Assembly (NCBI GenBank): GCA_964596975.1
Contig: CAZQXF010000001.1
Span: 1 to 29,925, forward strand
Reading direction: 5' to 3'
Source: an uncultured Thiotrichales bacterium
GTDB taxonomy: Bacteria > Pseudomonadota > Gammaproteobacteria > UWMA-0217
DNA length: 29,925 nucleotides
The position numbers and the translations under genes were made by a program. Shown here in pieces: positions 29,709-29,925 of this stretch (position 1 is its first letter; each line of letters starts with the position of its first letter). The notes under the pieces are model-generated. The model did not search any database. It worked only from the letters and a program-made list of their open reading frames with translations, and was not told the DNA's origin.

Positions 29709-29925
29709 TTATTCAGAGCGACTCAGCTCAAATTTCCCGCGTTACAAGACAGTGTGCCTTGGTTTGACACGAGGGATTTGAACCCGACCAGAGGGTTCGA
29801 CAAAACGGCAGGACAGCCGTTTTGGACGCGCAGCGCCCCGCAGGGGTGAGCGTCAGGAAGACGCGAATCCATCCCTCGCTCTCCGCCATTATTCAGAGCG
29901 ACTCAGCTCAAATTTCCCGCGTTAC
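29691..29925 (+). repeat. 180-bp-period tRNA-linked tandem repeat (rtT-like) beginning with the last 18 nt of tRNA-Ser
   Basis: 29691-29745 is identical to 29871-29925 (55 bp, running to the window edge). The intervening sequence is rich in hairpins. Confidence 0.9.

Noticed and set aside
29691-29888. Duplicated tRNA 3' end read as attL/attR of a genomic island
   Set aside because: Only about 125 unique bp lie between the copies, the trailer is duplicated too, and no integrase is in view. A tandem repeat fits better, though an island beyond the window cannot be excluded.

Overview
A core-genome window of about 58% GC (estimated by eye) from a gammaproteobacterium. Gene content suggests a Chromatiales or sulfur-oxidiser-like organism, but this is inference. 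From left to right it holds: (1) a SAM-cycle pair, metK > SAH riboswitch > ahcY, on the minus strand, with the ahcY stop codon cut by the window edge; (2) a divergent tkt-gap-pgk-pyk-fba central-carbon cluster; (3) a small membrane ORF, a stand-alone bioD, murB, and a 4-TM orphan gene with a good sigma-54 promoter; (4) an uncharacterised shikimate-kinase-like P-loop protein overlapping metA; (5) a minus-strand EamA transporter, argD-like aminotransferase, PGPGW protein and NlpC/P60 run; (6) a YeeE/YedE sulfur transporter, a Na/Pi cotransporter and an MscK-like channel; (7) recX (no recA upstream), alaS, lysC, csrA and tRNA-Ser(GCT), followed by a 180-bp rtT-like repeat carrying the tRNA 3' end. 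I found no mobile element, CRISPR array or defence island. The best leads are the P-loop kinase/metA pair, the 31-bp-phased repeats upstream of fba, the tRNA-linked repeat, the sigma-54-driven orphan, and a probable internal start for an aspartokinase beta subunit.
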